This document shows, one piece after another, positions 18,198 through 28,304 of a DNA stretch of 64,000 bases; the stretch's first letter is position 1; every line of letters begins with the position of its first letter. Source of the DNA: Pseudomonadales bacterium. GTDB taxonomy: Bacteria; Pseudomonadota; Gammaproteobacteria; Pseudomonadales; Azotimanducaceae. The DNA lies in NCBI GenBank assembly GCA_963665455.1, contig OY762279.1, positions 4,443,492-4,507,491 of the forward strand, given 5' to 3'. The notes under the pieces were generated by a model that was not told where the DNA came from, did no database searches, and saw nothing but the letters and a program-made list of their open reading frames with translations. The position numbers and the translations under genes were made by a program.

Positions 18198-19574
18198 CTA
18201 TCCGACCAGTTCACCCACGCACTCGCCAAACACCTTGTTGTGGAATTCGATGTCCCGAGCGGTGACCTCGGGCGAAATCAATGCGAAGAAGCCGGGTGGG
18301 ATGAGGATGCCCCGATTCGCGTAGAACGTATGGAAGTACATGCCCGTCTCCGCCAGCCCCTGTAGTCCGCGCCTCTCGGCCCGCTGCTCGGCGAAGTTCC
18401 TCGGTACGGCCGCGGAGAACCGGAGCACCACCCTGCAGCCGAGACAGTCAACGCGCCAAGGCAGGTCGGCCGCCCTGATCACTTTGTCCATGCCATCGGC
18501 GATCCGCTCCGCCCCGGATATCATCCGGTCGTACGCAGACTCCGTCATGACGTGCTCCAGGGTCGCCCTGAGCGCGGCGACCGCCAGCGCATTGCCGGAC
18601 AGCGTGGTTCCAATGCCTTGTACGAAGTTCTTCTCGAACAGGGGCAGGGCCTGGTCCGCAACGTCCTGGCTGAGGCCCATGACCGAAGCGGGGATCCCGC
18701 TGGCGATCCCCTTCCCAAGGACAAAGATGTCCGGCTCGAGGTTCCAGAGGCGCGTAAAGCCGCCCGTGCCCGCAACGATGTTGTGCGTTTCGTCGATGAT
18801 GAGCAGCGTGCCGAAACGTCGGGTCAGCTCCCGCAATCCCTCGTGGAAGCCTGGATCGGGGGGATAAACGGACATTTGCGCGACCACTGGCTCCGTTATC
18901 ACACAGGCAACGTCCCGGGGGGACAACGCCTTCTCCAATGCCTCGAGATCATTGAACTCGACTACGCGCGTCCTCGACTCGGGGTCGGGCAGCGCCCCTA
19001 TGCCATACGAGGAGCCGCCGTAGGGATCGGTGATCATCCTGCCGTCCACGACGGTGACCAGCGTTTCGTCCACGGTACCGTGGTAGGAGCCATTGAAGCA
19101 GAGGACGAGCTTCCGTCCCGTGATCTCGCGGGCTATCTTGATCGCCGTCCTGTTCGAGTCGCTGGCCGTCATGTGGATCTGCCAGTACGGCAGGCCGAAG
19201 CGGCGTGCCAGTTCCTCCCCGACCCAGATGGAGTCTTCCCCGGGAAGCGTGAACATGACGCCCCGCCGTACCCGGTCCGCTACCGCGTCGGCCACGGCTT
19301 TCGGCGCGTGTCCGAAGATCGCTCCGTGGTCCGCTCCCAACAGGTCGAGGTAGCGGTGACCGTCGGCGTCGGTCACGTAGGCGCCCGCGCCCTCCTCGAT
19401 GAACAGGGGGAGACGCCCCATGAAGTCGTTCATCCAGCTATGGGGCACACCGCCGAACAGGGACCCCTTCGCCCTCTCGTACAACGCCACGGACTTCGGG
19501 CGTTCAGCCAGGTAGCGCGTCTCTTCGCGCTGTTTCAGCGTCTCTAGTCTTGAACGATCAATCTTCGTAGTCAC
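18198..19574 (-). CDS. class III (PLP-dependent) aminotransferase, glutamate-1-semialdehyde aminomutase-like
   Basis: ...LIIDETHN... and FVLGKGIASGIP (PLP lysine context); 458 aa. Confidence 0.8.
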   Translation of the reverse strand: MTTKIDRSRLETLKQREETRYLAERPKSVALYERAKGSLFGGVPHSWMNDFMGRLPLFIEEGAGAYVTDADGHRYLDLLGADHGAIFGHAPKAVADAVADRVRRGVMFTLPGEDSIWVGEELARRFGLPYWQIHMTASDSNRTAIKIAREITGRKLVLCFNGSYHGTVDETLVTVVDGRMITDPYGGSSYGIGALPDPESRTRVVEFNDLEALEKALSPRDVACVITEPVVAQMSVYPPDPGFHEGLRELTRRFGTLLIIDETHNIVAGTGGFTRLWNLEPDIFVLGKGIASGIPASVMGLSQDVADQALPLFEKNFVQGIGTTLSGNALAVAALRATLEHVMTESAYDRMISGAERIADGMDKVIRAADLPWRVDCLGCRVVLRFSAAVPRNFAEQRAERRGLQGLAETGMYFHTFYANRGILIPPGFFALISPEVTARDIEFHNKVFGECVGELVG

Positions 19575-19607
19575 TGATATCGACCCGCGCCCGACCCTAT
19601 CTCCTAC

Positions 19608-21692
19608 CTAGTACCTGACACTCACCTCGACGCCAAAGGTCCGTGGGACAGGGCGCGTCGCCGCGAAGCTCGAGGCCACTCCCCGGGCCTTCAGGGCGCC
19701 GTCTTCATCCGTGAGGTTCGTGCTGAAGAGGTAGACGCCCAGCCGGTCGTTTTCGATGCCGAGCCGCGCATCAACCATCGTCATCGCATCGCTCGACAGG
19801 TTCGCGAGGCTGGTGGTGTCCTCGCGCTCGCCGGCATGTCGAACCGCCAGCCGCGCCATGCCGTTGAAGCCGTCCAGCGAGCCCCCAAGCGGCCAGTCAT
19901 AGCGCGCGTACGCGTTGGCCATGAATTCGGCGACCTCGGGCAGGGGATCGCCCTTCATCAGGTCGGTGTTCGGCACGTCCGCTTTCTGCTCGCTGTCCAC
20001 CAGGCTCATCCCCGCGTGCAGCGTCAGGTTGCCCGCGATGTAGGTCGTGGAGAGATCGAGCCCCGAGATATCCGCGCCCTCCGTGTTGACCTGCAGGACC
20101 AGCCCTCCCAGTCCAACCACCGGCACGGTCGTCGACAAGTCCTCCCAATCGCTGTAGTAGACCGCGGCTTCGATGGTCCAGTTGCCTTCCCCAAGGACCG
20201 CCTTGACACCCAGTTCATACGTCAGGATCGAATCGGCATCCAGGACCAGATCGTAGGGAACCGGGAGTCCAAGGGTTTCGATGAGAAAAATGGCGTCCGT
20301 GAAATTCGGCACCGCGCTGCGGGCGCCCTTCGCCACACTGGCATAGAACATCGCGGAGTCATCGGGTTGGTAGCTGAGGCTGAAACGCGGCAGGAGATAA
20401 TCAGCATCGATTTCCGCCTCGATCAACGTCTGGGTATCGAAGTTGTGGAGGTCCTCCTGGGAGAAGCGCAACCCAAGGGCAGCGGCCCAGGCATCCGACA
20501 GGCTGTACTCGACTTCTCCGAAAACCGCTCGGACTTCGTTGTTCTGGAGGGTCACGGTATCGACGATCGGGACGCCGCCCGCAACGAACTTCAGGCCGAA
20601 GGGAACCCCAGCGTCTCTCGAATAGACGCCGGCCGTGTAGGTAAAGCGATCAGCCGACCCGGAATAACGCAGCTCATGGGTGTCCATCTCTACGCCGATG
20701 TTCGCGAAAATGACGAAGCCGGCAAAGGCCGGAATCGTGAGCAGGTGATCGTATTCGGTCCTCCCGTAGGCATACAGCAGTTCGCCCGGCCCCAGACTCG
20801 CAGTGGCCGTCAGCGTGTATCGGTCGTACTCCGTTTCGCCGTATGCCCCGCCTGGGGGGATCACGCCGTCGTCGGTCGCCCGGTCTTCCGCATCCCAACC
20901 GCGTTGCTCGTTCAGCCAGGCCGAAGCAACGATCTCGATGTCGTCGGTGGGCGTGTACGCCAGCTTGGCGCGAACGCCGCTGGCGTCGCGGCTGTTGGCG
21001 TCGTCCTCGTTCTCGTTGTCGAGCCAGCCGCCGCGGTCCTCGTCGAAGCCGACCACGCGCAGCGCCAGTTGGTCTTCGACCAGGGGAATGTTGATCATCC
21101 CGCGGGCACCCCGGGTGTCGCCGCCGTCAAAACTCCCGTAGAAGGCGTCTACGTGCATTCCGAAGGCCGAGGGATCGGGATCGCGCGTCACGATGTGCAC
21201 CGTTCCCCCCATGGAACCATCGCCGAATATGGTGCCCTGCGGACCCCGCAACACCTCGATGCGCTCGATGTCGAAAGCGCGCACATCCGGGTTGATCGGC
21301 AACACCAGACCGACAAACGGGACATCGTCCACGTAGTAGCCCACCGTCTGTGAGCCCGAGGTCGTGGAGGTCCCGCGGATCGTGATCCGCTGCGCGCCGC
21401 CGGCCGTATCGTCGGAGAGATTCACTCCCGGAGCGAGCTCGAGGACGTCGTAGATGCTCCTCGCGCTGTTGTCGCGCATGGTGGTCTCGTCAAGGACGGT
21501 GAGCGCGATGGGGACATCCATCGCGTTCTCCGAGCGTTTTCGCGCGGTGACAATGACCTCCTCGATAACGCGTGTCTCTTCCGCACTCGCGTCACCTGCT
21601 TCGGCCGCTTCGCCCGCGGCGCCGAGACCGGCCAATATCGTCGCGACGACAACGACACCGAAGCGGTTGCCTGGTCGTGCTTTCTGACTCAT
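19608..21692 (-). CDS. TonB-dependent outer-membrane receptor
   Basis: Signal peptide, plug EEVIVTARKRSENAMDVPIALTVL, C-terminal ...VEVSVRY. Confidence 0.85.
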   Translation of the reverse strand: MSQKARPGNRFGVVVVATILAGLGAAGEAAEAGDASAEETRVIEEVIVTARKRSENAMDVPIALTVLDETTMRDNSARSIYDVLELAPGVNLSDDTAGGAQRITIRGTSTTSGSQTVGYYVDDVPFVGLVLPINPDVRAFDIERIEVLRGPQGTIFGDGSMGGTVHIVTRDPDPSAFGMHVDAFYGSFDGGDTRGARGMINIPLVEDQLALRVVGFDEDRGGWLDNENEDDANSRDASGVRAKLAYTPTDDIEIVASAWLNEQRGWDAEDRATDDGVIPPGGAYGETEYDRYTLTATASLGPGELLYAYGRTEYDHLLTIPAFAGFVIFANIGVEMDTHELRYSGSADRFTYTAGVYSRDAGVPFGLKFVAGGVPIVDTVTLQNNEVRAVFGEVEYSLSDAWAAALGLRFSQEDLHNFDTQTLIEAEIDADYLLPRFSLSYQPDDSAMFYASVAKGARSAVPNFTDAIFLIETLGLPVPYDLVLDADSILTYELGVKAVLGEGNWTIEAAVYYSDWEDLSTTVPVVGLGGLVLQVNTEGADISGLDLSTTYIAGNLTLHAGMSLVDSEQKADVPNTDLMKGDPLPEVAEFMANAYARYDWPLGGSLDGFNGMARLAVRHAGEREDTTSLANLSSDAMTMVDARLGIENDRLGVYLFSTNLTDEDGALKARGVASSFAATRPVPRTFGVEVSVRY

Positions 21693-22093
21693 CGTGTTCC
21701 CCTCCTTCGTTGCCCGTCCTACCTCGCGCTTGCCGAAGACCGGGACCGACCCGGCACCGGCCAGGAGGATGGAGCATTCATCCAGCAGACTACATTGCTG
21801 CCGGTGACTGCATCAAGACGGCGCACCGGCGCTCGGGCCGCCAACCCGGGTCTCGCCGGTTGCGACCCCCCGGCCCAGGGCGCCCGTGTCCTTCGTCGCC
21901 GAGTTCCCGGCGCGGTGGGTCAGCTCCACGATTCGCGGCTTCGCGATGCACGCCCCGGCGGCGCTGGACGGAGAACATCTCGCCGACGAACTGATCGACG
22001 CGGTGGCGCGGTATCTGCTCACCGAGCCGGAGAGCGAGCGTAAAGCGCTCGATGGAGTATGATGTACACTCAGATGAACATCCGAGGAGGCAA

Positions 22094-22375
22094 ATGACGG
22101 TTCAGTACTCCATCGCCGACGCACGGCGTCACCTCCCCACCCTGGTGCGGGACGCGGAAGCCGGCAGGGCCGTGGAGCTGACGCGCCGAGGCGCTCCCGT
22201 GGCAATGCTGATCGGCCGGCGATCGTACGAGCGCCTGGTCGCGGGCCGTCCCGGTTTCGCGAAGTCCTTCGCGAACTTCGCAAGCGAGGTGGGCCTCAAG
22301 GAACTGGCGCTCGATCCAGACGCAATCTTCGGCGGCGCGCGGCCCGGCACGCCCGGCCGTGACCCGGCCCTGTGA
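22094..22375 (+). CDS. Phd/YefM-family antitoxin
   Basis: ATG 22094 after GAGGAGG. MTVQYSIADARRHLPTLVRDAEAGRAVELTRRGAPVAMLI is the Phd/YefM N-terminal pattern. Confidence 0.7.
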   Translation: MTVQYSIADARRHLPTLVRDAEAGRAVELTRRGAPVAMLIGRRSYERLVAGRPGFAKSFANFASEVGLKELALDPDAIFGGARPGTPGRDPAL

Positions 22376-22788
22376 ACCTGCGCTACCTTCTCGACACCAA
22401 CGTGATCTCGGAACCGCTTCGGCCCGAGCCCAACGTCCGTGTCATGCGCCGCCTGCGGGTACACGAGACGGAGATCGCGATACCCGCGCCCGTTTGGCAC
22501 GAACTGCGTTTCGGCAGCGCCAGGCTGCCGCGGTCAACACGACGGTCGGCCATCGAGCGCTACCTGGAGGATGTGGTCCTGGCCAACTTCCCGGTCATGG
22601 AATACGACCAGCAGGCGGCGGACTGGCATGCGGTCGAGCGGGCGCGACTTGCCGCGGTCGGCCGCACACCGCCGTTCGTTGACGGACAGATCGCCGCAAT
22701 CTCGAGAGTCCAGGACCTGACCCTCGTCACGGCGAACGCCCTCGACTTCTCGGACTTCGAGGGATTGCGCGTGCGCAACTGGGCGTAA
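22372..22788 (+). CDS. vapC: PIN-domain toxin VapC
   Basis: NLRYLLDTNVISEPLR...FVDGQIAAI...LVTANALDF. GTG start overlaps the antitoxin stop (GTGA). Confidence 0.8.
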   Translation: MNLRYLLDTNVISEPLRPEPNVRVMRRLRVHETEIAIPAPVWHELRFGSARLPRSTRRSAIERYLEDVVLANFPVMEYDQQAADWHAVERARLAAVGRTPPFVDGQIAAISRVQDLTLVTANALDFSDFEGLRVRNWA

Positions 22789-22999
22789 GTCCCCGTGGCC
22801 CGGAGAGCCACCGTTTCTCTCCGCAAAGGCCCCGCCCGCCGGCCCACCCACGACGTCCTTTCGGGAAGTCGCCAACGGTGAGCCATCGGCGACTTCAGCC
22901 CGGGACTCCTGGCGGGTGCGCTACGGGACTGACAGAGAGCCACGACCTGACCCTTGCGAAGACTGCTGGAGCCCGGCAACTGCGCGCTCCAGCGTAGCG

Positions 23000-24184
23000 C
23001 TACGTTGTCGGCGCCCTCGTCGCATCCGCCGTCGAGAAGGAGGCAAGCTCCAGCAGCGTCGCCGGCAGCGTCTCCTCCTCCGTCCGATACGCCGGTCCCA
23101 GCGAGGGCAGGTAGGTGAAGTGCCCGAATCCGGCGTCCTCGGACCGAACGCTGGTCCTGACGCCCTCCCGCGACTCGAAGAGCCCGGCAAGCCACTCCCC
23201 ATGTGACGGCGGGCACTGCGTGTCGTCCCCGGCATACCACACGGCCACGTTGCGCGTCTCGATCTCGCGCGGATCGAAGCCCCAGCGGGTGTTCACGTCA
23301 TACGAGAACTGGTCCCAGCCTTGTCCCTGGGTGCCCCGCGCCACCAGTCGCCGCTGGTCCGCGCCGAGGGCCTCGAAGACCCACGGCCGCTCCGCCTCCA
23401 CCTTCCCGCCGCCGCCGAGCCCGCCCATGTGGCGGGCCGGAGGGGAGATCAGGGGCGCCCGGTACATCAGGTCCGCCGCGACGAAGTTCCATGCCTGGTA
23501 CCACGCACGGGCGTCCGTCTTCGGCAACTTGTCCCCGTCGTGCTGAAAGTCGAACTCCCTGCAGATGTGTTCGGGCAGGTAGGGCACGTTGAGTCCCAGC
23601 GCGACGCAGCGGTCGGGCCCGAAGTGCCAGGCGACCGCCATCGCGTGGGCCGTGCCAAGGGACGTGCCCTCCACCATGAACTCCCCTACGCGCTCCTCTT
23701 CCAGGATCGCCTCGAGGTCGCGCGGGAAGTCCGCGATTCTGCGGCCGGGGAGCGGGTCGCTATAGCCGTAGCCGGGCATGGAGGGCGCGATGCCCTTCAG
23801 GTTGAGTTCCTCGCACAGCGCCGCGTTCATTCCGCACTGCCAGCCTCCGGTCGTGCCCGCGCCGTGGATCTGCACGATGACCCGGGCGTCCGGATGGCTG
23901 CTGCCGTACACGAGGTACTCCACGATCCGGCCGTCCGCGGTCCTGACGTGGCGCCCCTCACCTCCAAGACGCGCCGCATCCCGCTGCTGCTCGGCCGCGT
24001 CGAAGGGACGCAATGGCTGCGCTCGCCTCACGAGGCCGTAGAGGGTCACGGCAACCCACGGTACGAGCGGGACTCCGACGATGACCGCCGCGATGGCAGG
24101 AAGCAGCGGCAGGAACAGGAAACACGCGACCGCCCCAGCGACGGTGCCGAGCAGGACCAGTGCAACGAACGCGAGCGCCAGCAT
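23000..24184 (-). CDS. membrane-anchored alpha/beta hydrolase
   Basis: Two N-terminal hydrophobic helices, then QIHGAG...EGTSLGTAHA (GxSxG). Confidence 0.7.
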   Translation of the reverse strand: MLALAFVALVLLGTVAGAVACFLFLPLLPAIAAVIVGVPLVPWVAVTLYGLVRRAQPLRPFDAAEQQRDAARLGGEGRHVRTADGRIVEYLVYGSSHPDARVIVQIHGAGTTGGWQCGMNAALCEELNLKGIAPSMPGYGYSDPLPGRRIADFPRDLEAILEEERVGEFMVEGTSLGTAHAMAVAWHFGPDRCVALGLNVPYLPEHICREFDFQHDGDKLPKTDARAWYQAWNFVAADLMYRAPLISPPARHMGGLGGGGKVEAERPWVFEALGADQRRLVARGTQGQGWDQFSYDVNTRWGFDPREIETRNVAVWYAGDDTQCPPSHGEWLAGLFESREGVRTSVRSEDAGFGHFTYLPSLGPAYRTEEETLPATLLELASFSTADATRAPTT

Positions 24185-24187
24185 CGC

Positions 24188-25879
24188 TTACATCCCCCGG
24201 AACAGCCTTCCGGCCAACGCTCCGGTGTGTTCGTTGTCCTCGAGGAAGACCTCACCCGCCACGATCGTGTGGCTGATCCCGTCCGCGACCTGCTTGAGCC
24301 GCGTGGCGCCGCCGGGCAGGTCGTGCACGACTTCGGGCATGCGCGGCCCCACGGTCTCCGGGTCGAAGATCACGAGGTCCGCGTTCAGGCCCTCGCGCAG
24401 CAGCCCGCGGTCGTGCATGCCCCAGGAAGACGCGGGGATCGAGGTGAGTTGCCGGACTGCTTCCTCCAGCGTCATCGCCTCCCGTTCGCGGACCCAGTGT
24501 CCGAGCAGGTGCGTCTGCAGGGAGCTGTCCATGATCTGCGAGACGTGGGCGCCCGAGTCCGAGAACGTCACCACGGAACGGGGATGCCGCATCATCTCGA
24601 GCACGTGACCCTGGTCCTCGTTCGCGGCGGGCTGGAAGAAGAACTGTTTGAGGTCCTTCTGCAACGCCAGTTCGATCATGAGGTCGACTGGGTCCATGTC
24701 CCGCTCGCGCGCGACATCCACGAGACGGCGCGGCTCCCCCAGCATCGAATCCAGGACGAAGAACCAGTTCCAGTCCGGCGGTCGGGCCTCGACGCCAACG
24801 ATCTTCCGTTCCGGGCGTGGGCCGTTGGCGATTTCGACGAGCTTCGCGCGCAACGCCGGGTCGCGCAGCTTCGCCTGCTGCTCGGCCAGCGGCAGGTGCC
24901 GGATGTCCCGCCAGACGTCCCAGTGGTCGAAGGGCATCTGGGTCTCGAAGGACATCATGGTGTTGAGCGCCCGCGAGTGGACCTGCACGAAGATGCGGCC
25001 GCCGGCCGCGGCGGTTTCGTCGGCCAAGTCGAAGTAGGGGCGCCAGAAGTCCGGCGCGCGCCGCGTGCTGAACATCCCCCACGTCTGCGTGACACCCGAG
25101 TCGACGGCCAGGTCGCGCAGGCGTTCGTGGTAGTCGCGCAGGCGCTCCGGACTGCGCCCGGGGGTCTCACCGGCGATCTCGAAGACACCGCGCCCCGTCT
25201 CGCCCACGGCGCAGACGATGGCCCGCACCTCGTTCCAGTCCGCCGCCCGGCTCGCCACCGGGCGGTCGTCCGCCGTGACGTGGTTCGTGGTGCGGGAGGT
25301 GGAGAAGCCCATGGCCCCGGCCTCGACGGCCTCCCTCGCCAGGGCGCACATGTGCGCCAACTCGTCGGGGGTCGCCTGATCCGTGAAGGCACGTTCGCCC
25401 ATCACGTACGTACGGAGCGCCGAGTGGCCGATGTAGCCCGCGTAGTGGATGCCTTTCGGCAGGGCGTCGATCGTGTCCAGGAACTCGGGGAAGGTCTCCC
25501 ACGACCAACCGATCCCGGCCTGCATCGCTTCCGGCGCGATGTCCTCGGCGCGTTCGAGATTCCGGAACACGAAGCCCGCGTCCTGCTCGGCGCAAGGCGC
25601 CAGGGTGAAGCCGCAGTTGCCCATCACGACGGTCGTCACGCCGTGGTACGAGGAGCAGGATCCTAGCTGGTCCCAGAAGATCTGCGCGTCCATGTGCGTG
25701 TGACCGTCGACGAACCCCGGCGCGACGGCATGGCCCTCTGCGTCGATTTCCCGGGCCGCGCGCTCGCGGATGCGTCCAATCCGAGCGATGCGGCCGTCCT
25801 TGACGGCGACGTCCCCCCGAAACCGCGGCGTGCCCGCGCCGTCGATGATCCAGCCGTTCCTGATGAGCAGATCGTGCAT
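24188..25879 (-). CDS. N-acyl-D-amino-acid deacylase (D-aminoacylase) family amidohydrolase
   Basis: MHDLLIRNGWIIDGAGTPRFRGDVAVKDGRIARIG...APGFVDGHTHMD. ATG 25879 after GAGGGAGGG; 3 nt from the downstream hydrolase gene. Confidence 0.8.
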   Translation of the reverse strand: MHDLLIRNGWIIDGAGTPRFRGDVAVKDGRIARIGRIRERAAREIDAEGHAVAPGFVDGHTHMDAQIFWDQLGSCSSYHGVTTVVMGNCGFTLAPCAEQDAGFVFRNLERAEDIAPEAMQAGIGWSWETFPEFLDTIDALPKGIHYAGYIGHSALRTYVMGERAFTDQATPDELAHMCALAREAVEAGAMGFSTSRTTNHVTADDRPVASRAADWNEVRAIVCAVGETGRGVFEIAGETPGRSPERLRDYHERLRDLAVDSGVTQTWGMFSTRRAPDFWRPYFDLADETAAAGGRIFVQVHSRALNTMMSFETQMPFDHWDVWRDIRHLPLAEQQAKLRDPALRAKLVEIANGPRPERKIVGVEARPPDWNWFFVLDSMLGEPRRLVDVARERDMDPVDLMIELALQKDLKQFFFQPAANEDQGHVLEMMRHPRSVVTFSDSGAHVSQIMDSSLQTHLLGHWVREREAMTLEEAVRQLTSIPASSWGMHDRGLLREGLNADLVIFDPETVGPRMPEVVHDLPGGATRLKQVADGISHTIVAGEVFLEDNEHTGALAGRLFRGM

Positions 25880-26344
25880 GGGTGCCCTCCCTCTCTCGAA
25901 CACCGCAGTTTACACTTGGTGTGCGCCCACAGCCTGCGCGCGGCGTCTGACGGTCGTTTGGCAGTTTGACACGTGGGCGGTTTTGGCCCACGCTTTGCCG
26001 ACACGGCAGCGTTTGGGAGGTGACGATGCCGACAGGTGGCAAGGCCAGCCGAACCGTCGGTGACCCGGTGGGCTCGTCCCGATCAGTCGGATTGGGACCC
26101 GCGACTCACCAGAAGCCCACGTCAATCGGGGCAAGGTCGCCCGCAGTGAGAACGGTCGCTGCGGGTTCAGCCGCGCCTGCGGCCCGCGATTGCCGCCAAG
26201 CGATCATGCAGAAGGCGGCCAACGCTCGATGGAGCGCAGTCGGCGACGGCGCATAGCCTTTTTCGATGCGCCGTAAGTGAGAAAAATTATCATTTTCATT
26301 TCGGTGCCGGTATCGGCACGGAAGATAGGCTTTTGGGGTGCGAA

Positions 26345-26647
26345 ATGAGCGACGAGTTGGCCTTGACTGACCCCGGTAAAATAGCCGCAGCGGCCGAAAA
26401 GATATACGACGAGCGGTATCGGCAAAAGTACGAGGGCAAGTTCCTCGGACAGTTTGTGGTCATCGATGTGCACGGTGGATCGGCCTACCAAGGAGAGTTT
26501 GCGGAGGAGGCGCTACAGAAGGCCAGAGAGAGTGCTCCTCATGGCGTCTTCCATCTGATCAGAATTGGCGCTCCGGGAGCGTTTAAGGTGAGCTACGTTG
26601 GCGAGCGAGAAACCAGCTGGAATTGGGTACTTCGACCAGCAGGGTAA
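26345..26647 (+). CDS. small protein, DUF5678-like (usual partner of AF_0612-type aspartic proteases)
   Basis: 100 aa. ...YEGKFLGQFVVIDVHGGSAYQGEFAEEALQKARESAPHGVFHLIRIG. Located in an AT-rich pocket. Family assignment is from memory of the pattern only. Confidence 0.4.
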   Translation: MSDELALTDPGKIAAAAEKIYDERYRQKYEGKFLGQFVVIDVHGGSAYQGEFAEEALQKARESAPHGVFHLIRIGAPGAFKVSYVGERETSWNWVLRPAG

Positions 26648-27020
26648 CGCATGCTTGAAGTTCCACCTCCGTGGCGTGCGACATCAGCCGCCCGGAGTGG
26701 AGTTCGAGGCGATCATAGACACCGGGTTCACGGGGTTCATCCAACTCCCTCTATCCCATGCTATGTCGTTGTCCCTTCCTCTCGAGGGCACGAACGCGGT
26801 GACTCTGGCGGATGGTTCCACCTTGGTGATGCTCACTGCTATGGCAGAGGCCACCCTAGTCGGTAGGTCAGAAGTTGGCGTCGTCCTGCTGTCCATGACG
26901 TCCGAGTCAGTACTCGTTGGCATGGATTTCCTGCGCAGGTTCGAGCGCGCCCTTCTCGTATCAAAGCACCTCGGCGTCGTGCTCATAGACGAACCCGATA
27001 CCCAACTGCCATCCGAGTAG
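26598..27020 (+). CDS. clan AA (retropepsin-like) aspartic protease
   Basis: EFEAIIDTGFTGFIQLP contains the D-T-G-F active-site loop. 140 aa. The only in-frame start upstream of conserved GYFDQQG is TTG 26598, giving a 50-nt out-of-frame overlap with the preceding ORF. Confidence 0.55.
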   Translation: MASEKPAGIGYFDQQGNACLKFHLRGVRHQPPGVEFEAIIDTGFTGFIQLPLSHAMSLSLPLEGTNAVTLADGSTLVMLTAMAEATLVGRSEVGVVLLSMTSESVLVGMDFLRRFERALLVSKHLGVVLIDEPDTQLPSE

Positions 27021-27027
27021 TCGAGGC

Positions 27028-27047
27028 TGCGGGGATCCATCCCCGCA
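27028..27047 (+). terminator. stem-loop just after the protease gene (no U-tract)
   Basis: TGCGGGGA-TCCA-TCCCCGCA: 8-bp stem, 8 nt after the stop at 27020. Confidence 0.2.
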
Positions 27048-27212
27048 TGGGGACGCAGCGAATCGCCGTGCGCGTACAGGTCCGTGTAGGCACCCTCACC
27101 GGGGGCGACGCAACTGGAACAGGACGGGCGACCACAAACAATGCTCCGCTAGTGCCGTCCGCGTCAAGAAGATGTCAGGCTCGAGCGCAACCGGAACCAA
27201 CCCCGCCCGGCC

Positions 27213-28304
27213 ATGAAATTGCCGATGCGGGTGGGCTTTGCCAAAATTGCGCGGATGATCAAGACGATTGCCGTGATCGAGGGCGACGACGCCGCCCCCG
27301 AAGCCATGCGCCCGGTCGTGCGGATGCTTAAGTCCCTCAACATCGGGCTGGAGTTCGTCTATCCCGAGGTCGGCGAGGCGGCCCGGGCGAAGACGGGGAA
27401 CATCTTCCCGGACGCGGCGCGCGAGACCATCGACCAAGCCGATACCACGTTATTCGGTTCCACCAGCGGCGCCTCCGGCGCTGCGCTCCTCTACCTGCGC
27501 TGGGGCAAACAGACCTACGCGAACGTGCGCCCGTGCCTGCACCTGCCCGGCTGTGCGACGCCGCTCCGGGATCCCGAGGGGATCGATTTCGCCATCGTTC
27601 GCGAGAACCTGGAAGATCTATACGTCGGCTGCGAGGGTCCGCTTGAGGACCTCGCGCCGCTCAATCTGGTCGGCCGCACCATCCGGCGACCCGTACACGA
27701 GATCGGCACCGGCAAGTACGCGGTCAAGGCGATCACGCGGGAGGGGACCGAGCGCGTGGTGCGCTTCGCCTGCGAACTCGCCCGCAAGCGTCGTGGTCAC
27801 CTGACCTGTGCAACGAAGCACAACATGCTGGCCGGCAGCGACGGCTTCTTTCTCGAAGTCGCGCGCGAGACGTCGGCGGACTATCCGGACATCGATTTCG
27901 ACTGGTTCATCGTGGACGACTTCGCCTGCCGGATGATCCGGGAGCCGCAGCGCTACGACGTGGTGGTGATGCCCAACCTCTACGGCGACATCCTCTCCGA
28001 CGCCGCCGGGGGGCTTGTCGGCAGCCTCGGACTCGCCGCCAGCGGCTGCTACGGCGACGACTACGCGTACTTCGAGCCCGCCCACGGCACGGCACCGGAC
28101 ATCGCCGGCCAGAACATCATCAACCCCACGGCCACGCTGCTCTCGGCGGCCATGATGCTGGAATACCTGGACCACGAACGCGAGGGCGCGCGCCTGCGCG
28201 ACGCCCTTGCCCGGGTGTACGCCGACGGGCGTACCCTGACCCCCGACCAAGGCGGCAACGCCAGCACCACGGACTTCTGCAAGGCGGTGGCCGGCGCCCT
28301 GTGA
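27213..28304 (+). CDS. isocitrate/isopropylmalate dehydrogenase family (beta-decarboxylating dehydrogenase)
   Basis: NLYGDILSDAAGGLVGSLGLAASG signature and MIKTIAVIEGDDAAPE N-terminus. Alternative start ATG 27255. Confidence 0.8.
   Translation: MKLPMRVGFAKIARMIKTIAVIEGDDAAPEAMRPVVRMLKSLNIGLEFVYPEVGEAARAKTGNIFPDAARETIDQADTTLFGSTSGASGAALLYLRWGKQTYANVRPCLHLPGCATPLRDPEGIDFAIVRENLEDLYVGCEGPLEDLAPLNLVGRTIRRPVHEIGTGKYAVKAITREGTERVVRFACELARKRRGHLTCATKHNMLAGSDGFFLEVARETSADYPDIDFDWFIVDDFACRMIREPQRYDVVVMPNLYGDILSDAAGGLVGSLGLAASGCYGDDYAYFEPAHGTAPDIAGQNIINPTATLLSAAMMLEYLDHEREGARLRDALARVYADGRTLTPDQGGNASTTDFCKAVAGAL

Noticed and set aside
21808-22043. Plus-strand frame ending ...FVAEFPARWVSSTIRGFAMHAPAALDGEHLADELIDAVARYLLTEPESERKALDGV, which loosely resembles the C-terminus of an alpha/beta hydrolase.
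   Set aside because: It has no start codon before an internal Met, no catalytic motif, and only vague similarity. It cannot be told apart from a chance open frame.
21693-22050. Possible cobalamin or other riboswitch in the 400-bp leader upstream of the TonB receptor 19608..21692.
   Set aside because: I read the minus strand looking for a B12 box (AGxCxGGAGACCxGCC-like) and a GCCACTG core, and found neither. No other riboswitch core was recognised.
25880-26344. A hidden gene in the 465-bp gap upstream of the D-aminoacylase gene, for example track ORFs 25966..26256 and 26204..26491, or a 31-codon ORF MKMIIFLTYGASKK...
   Set aside because: The compositions look artefactual or the ORFs are too short, with no motifs or ribosome-binding sites. 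The only features seen are small hairpins (GGCGCAT..ATGCGCC and GTGCCG-GTAT-CGGCAC).
26598-26647. Programmed ribosomal frameshift joining the small ORF to the retropepsin-like protease, by analogy with gag-pro.
   Set aside because: There is no X XXY YYZ slippery heptamer or obvious downstream stimulatory structure in the 50-nt overlap. A TTG start is the more economical explanation.
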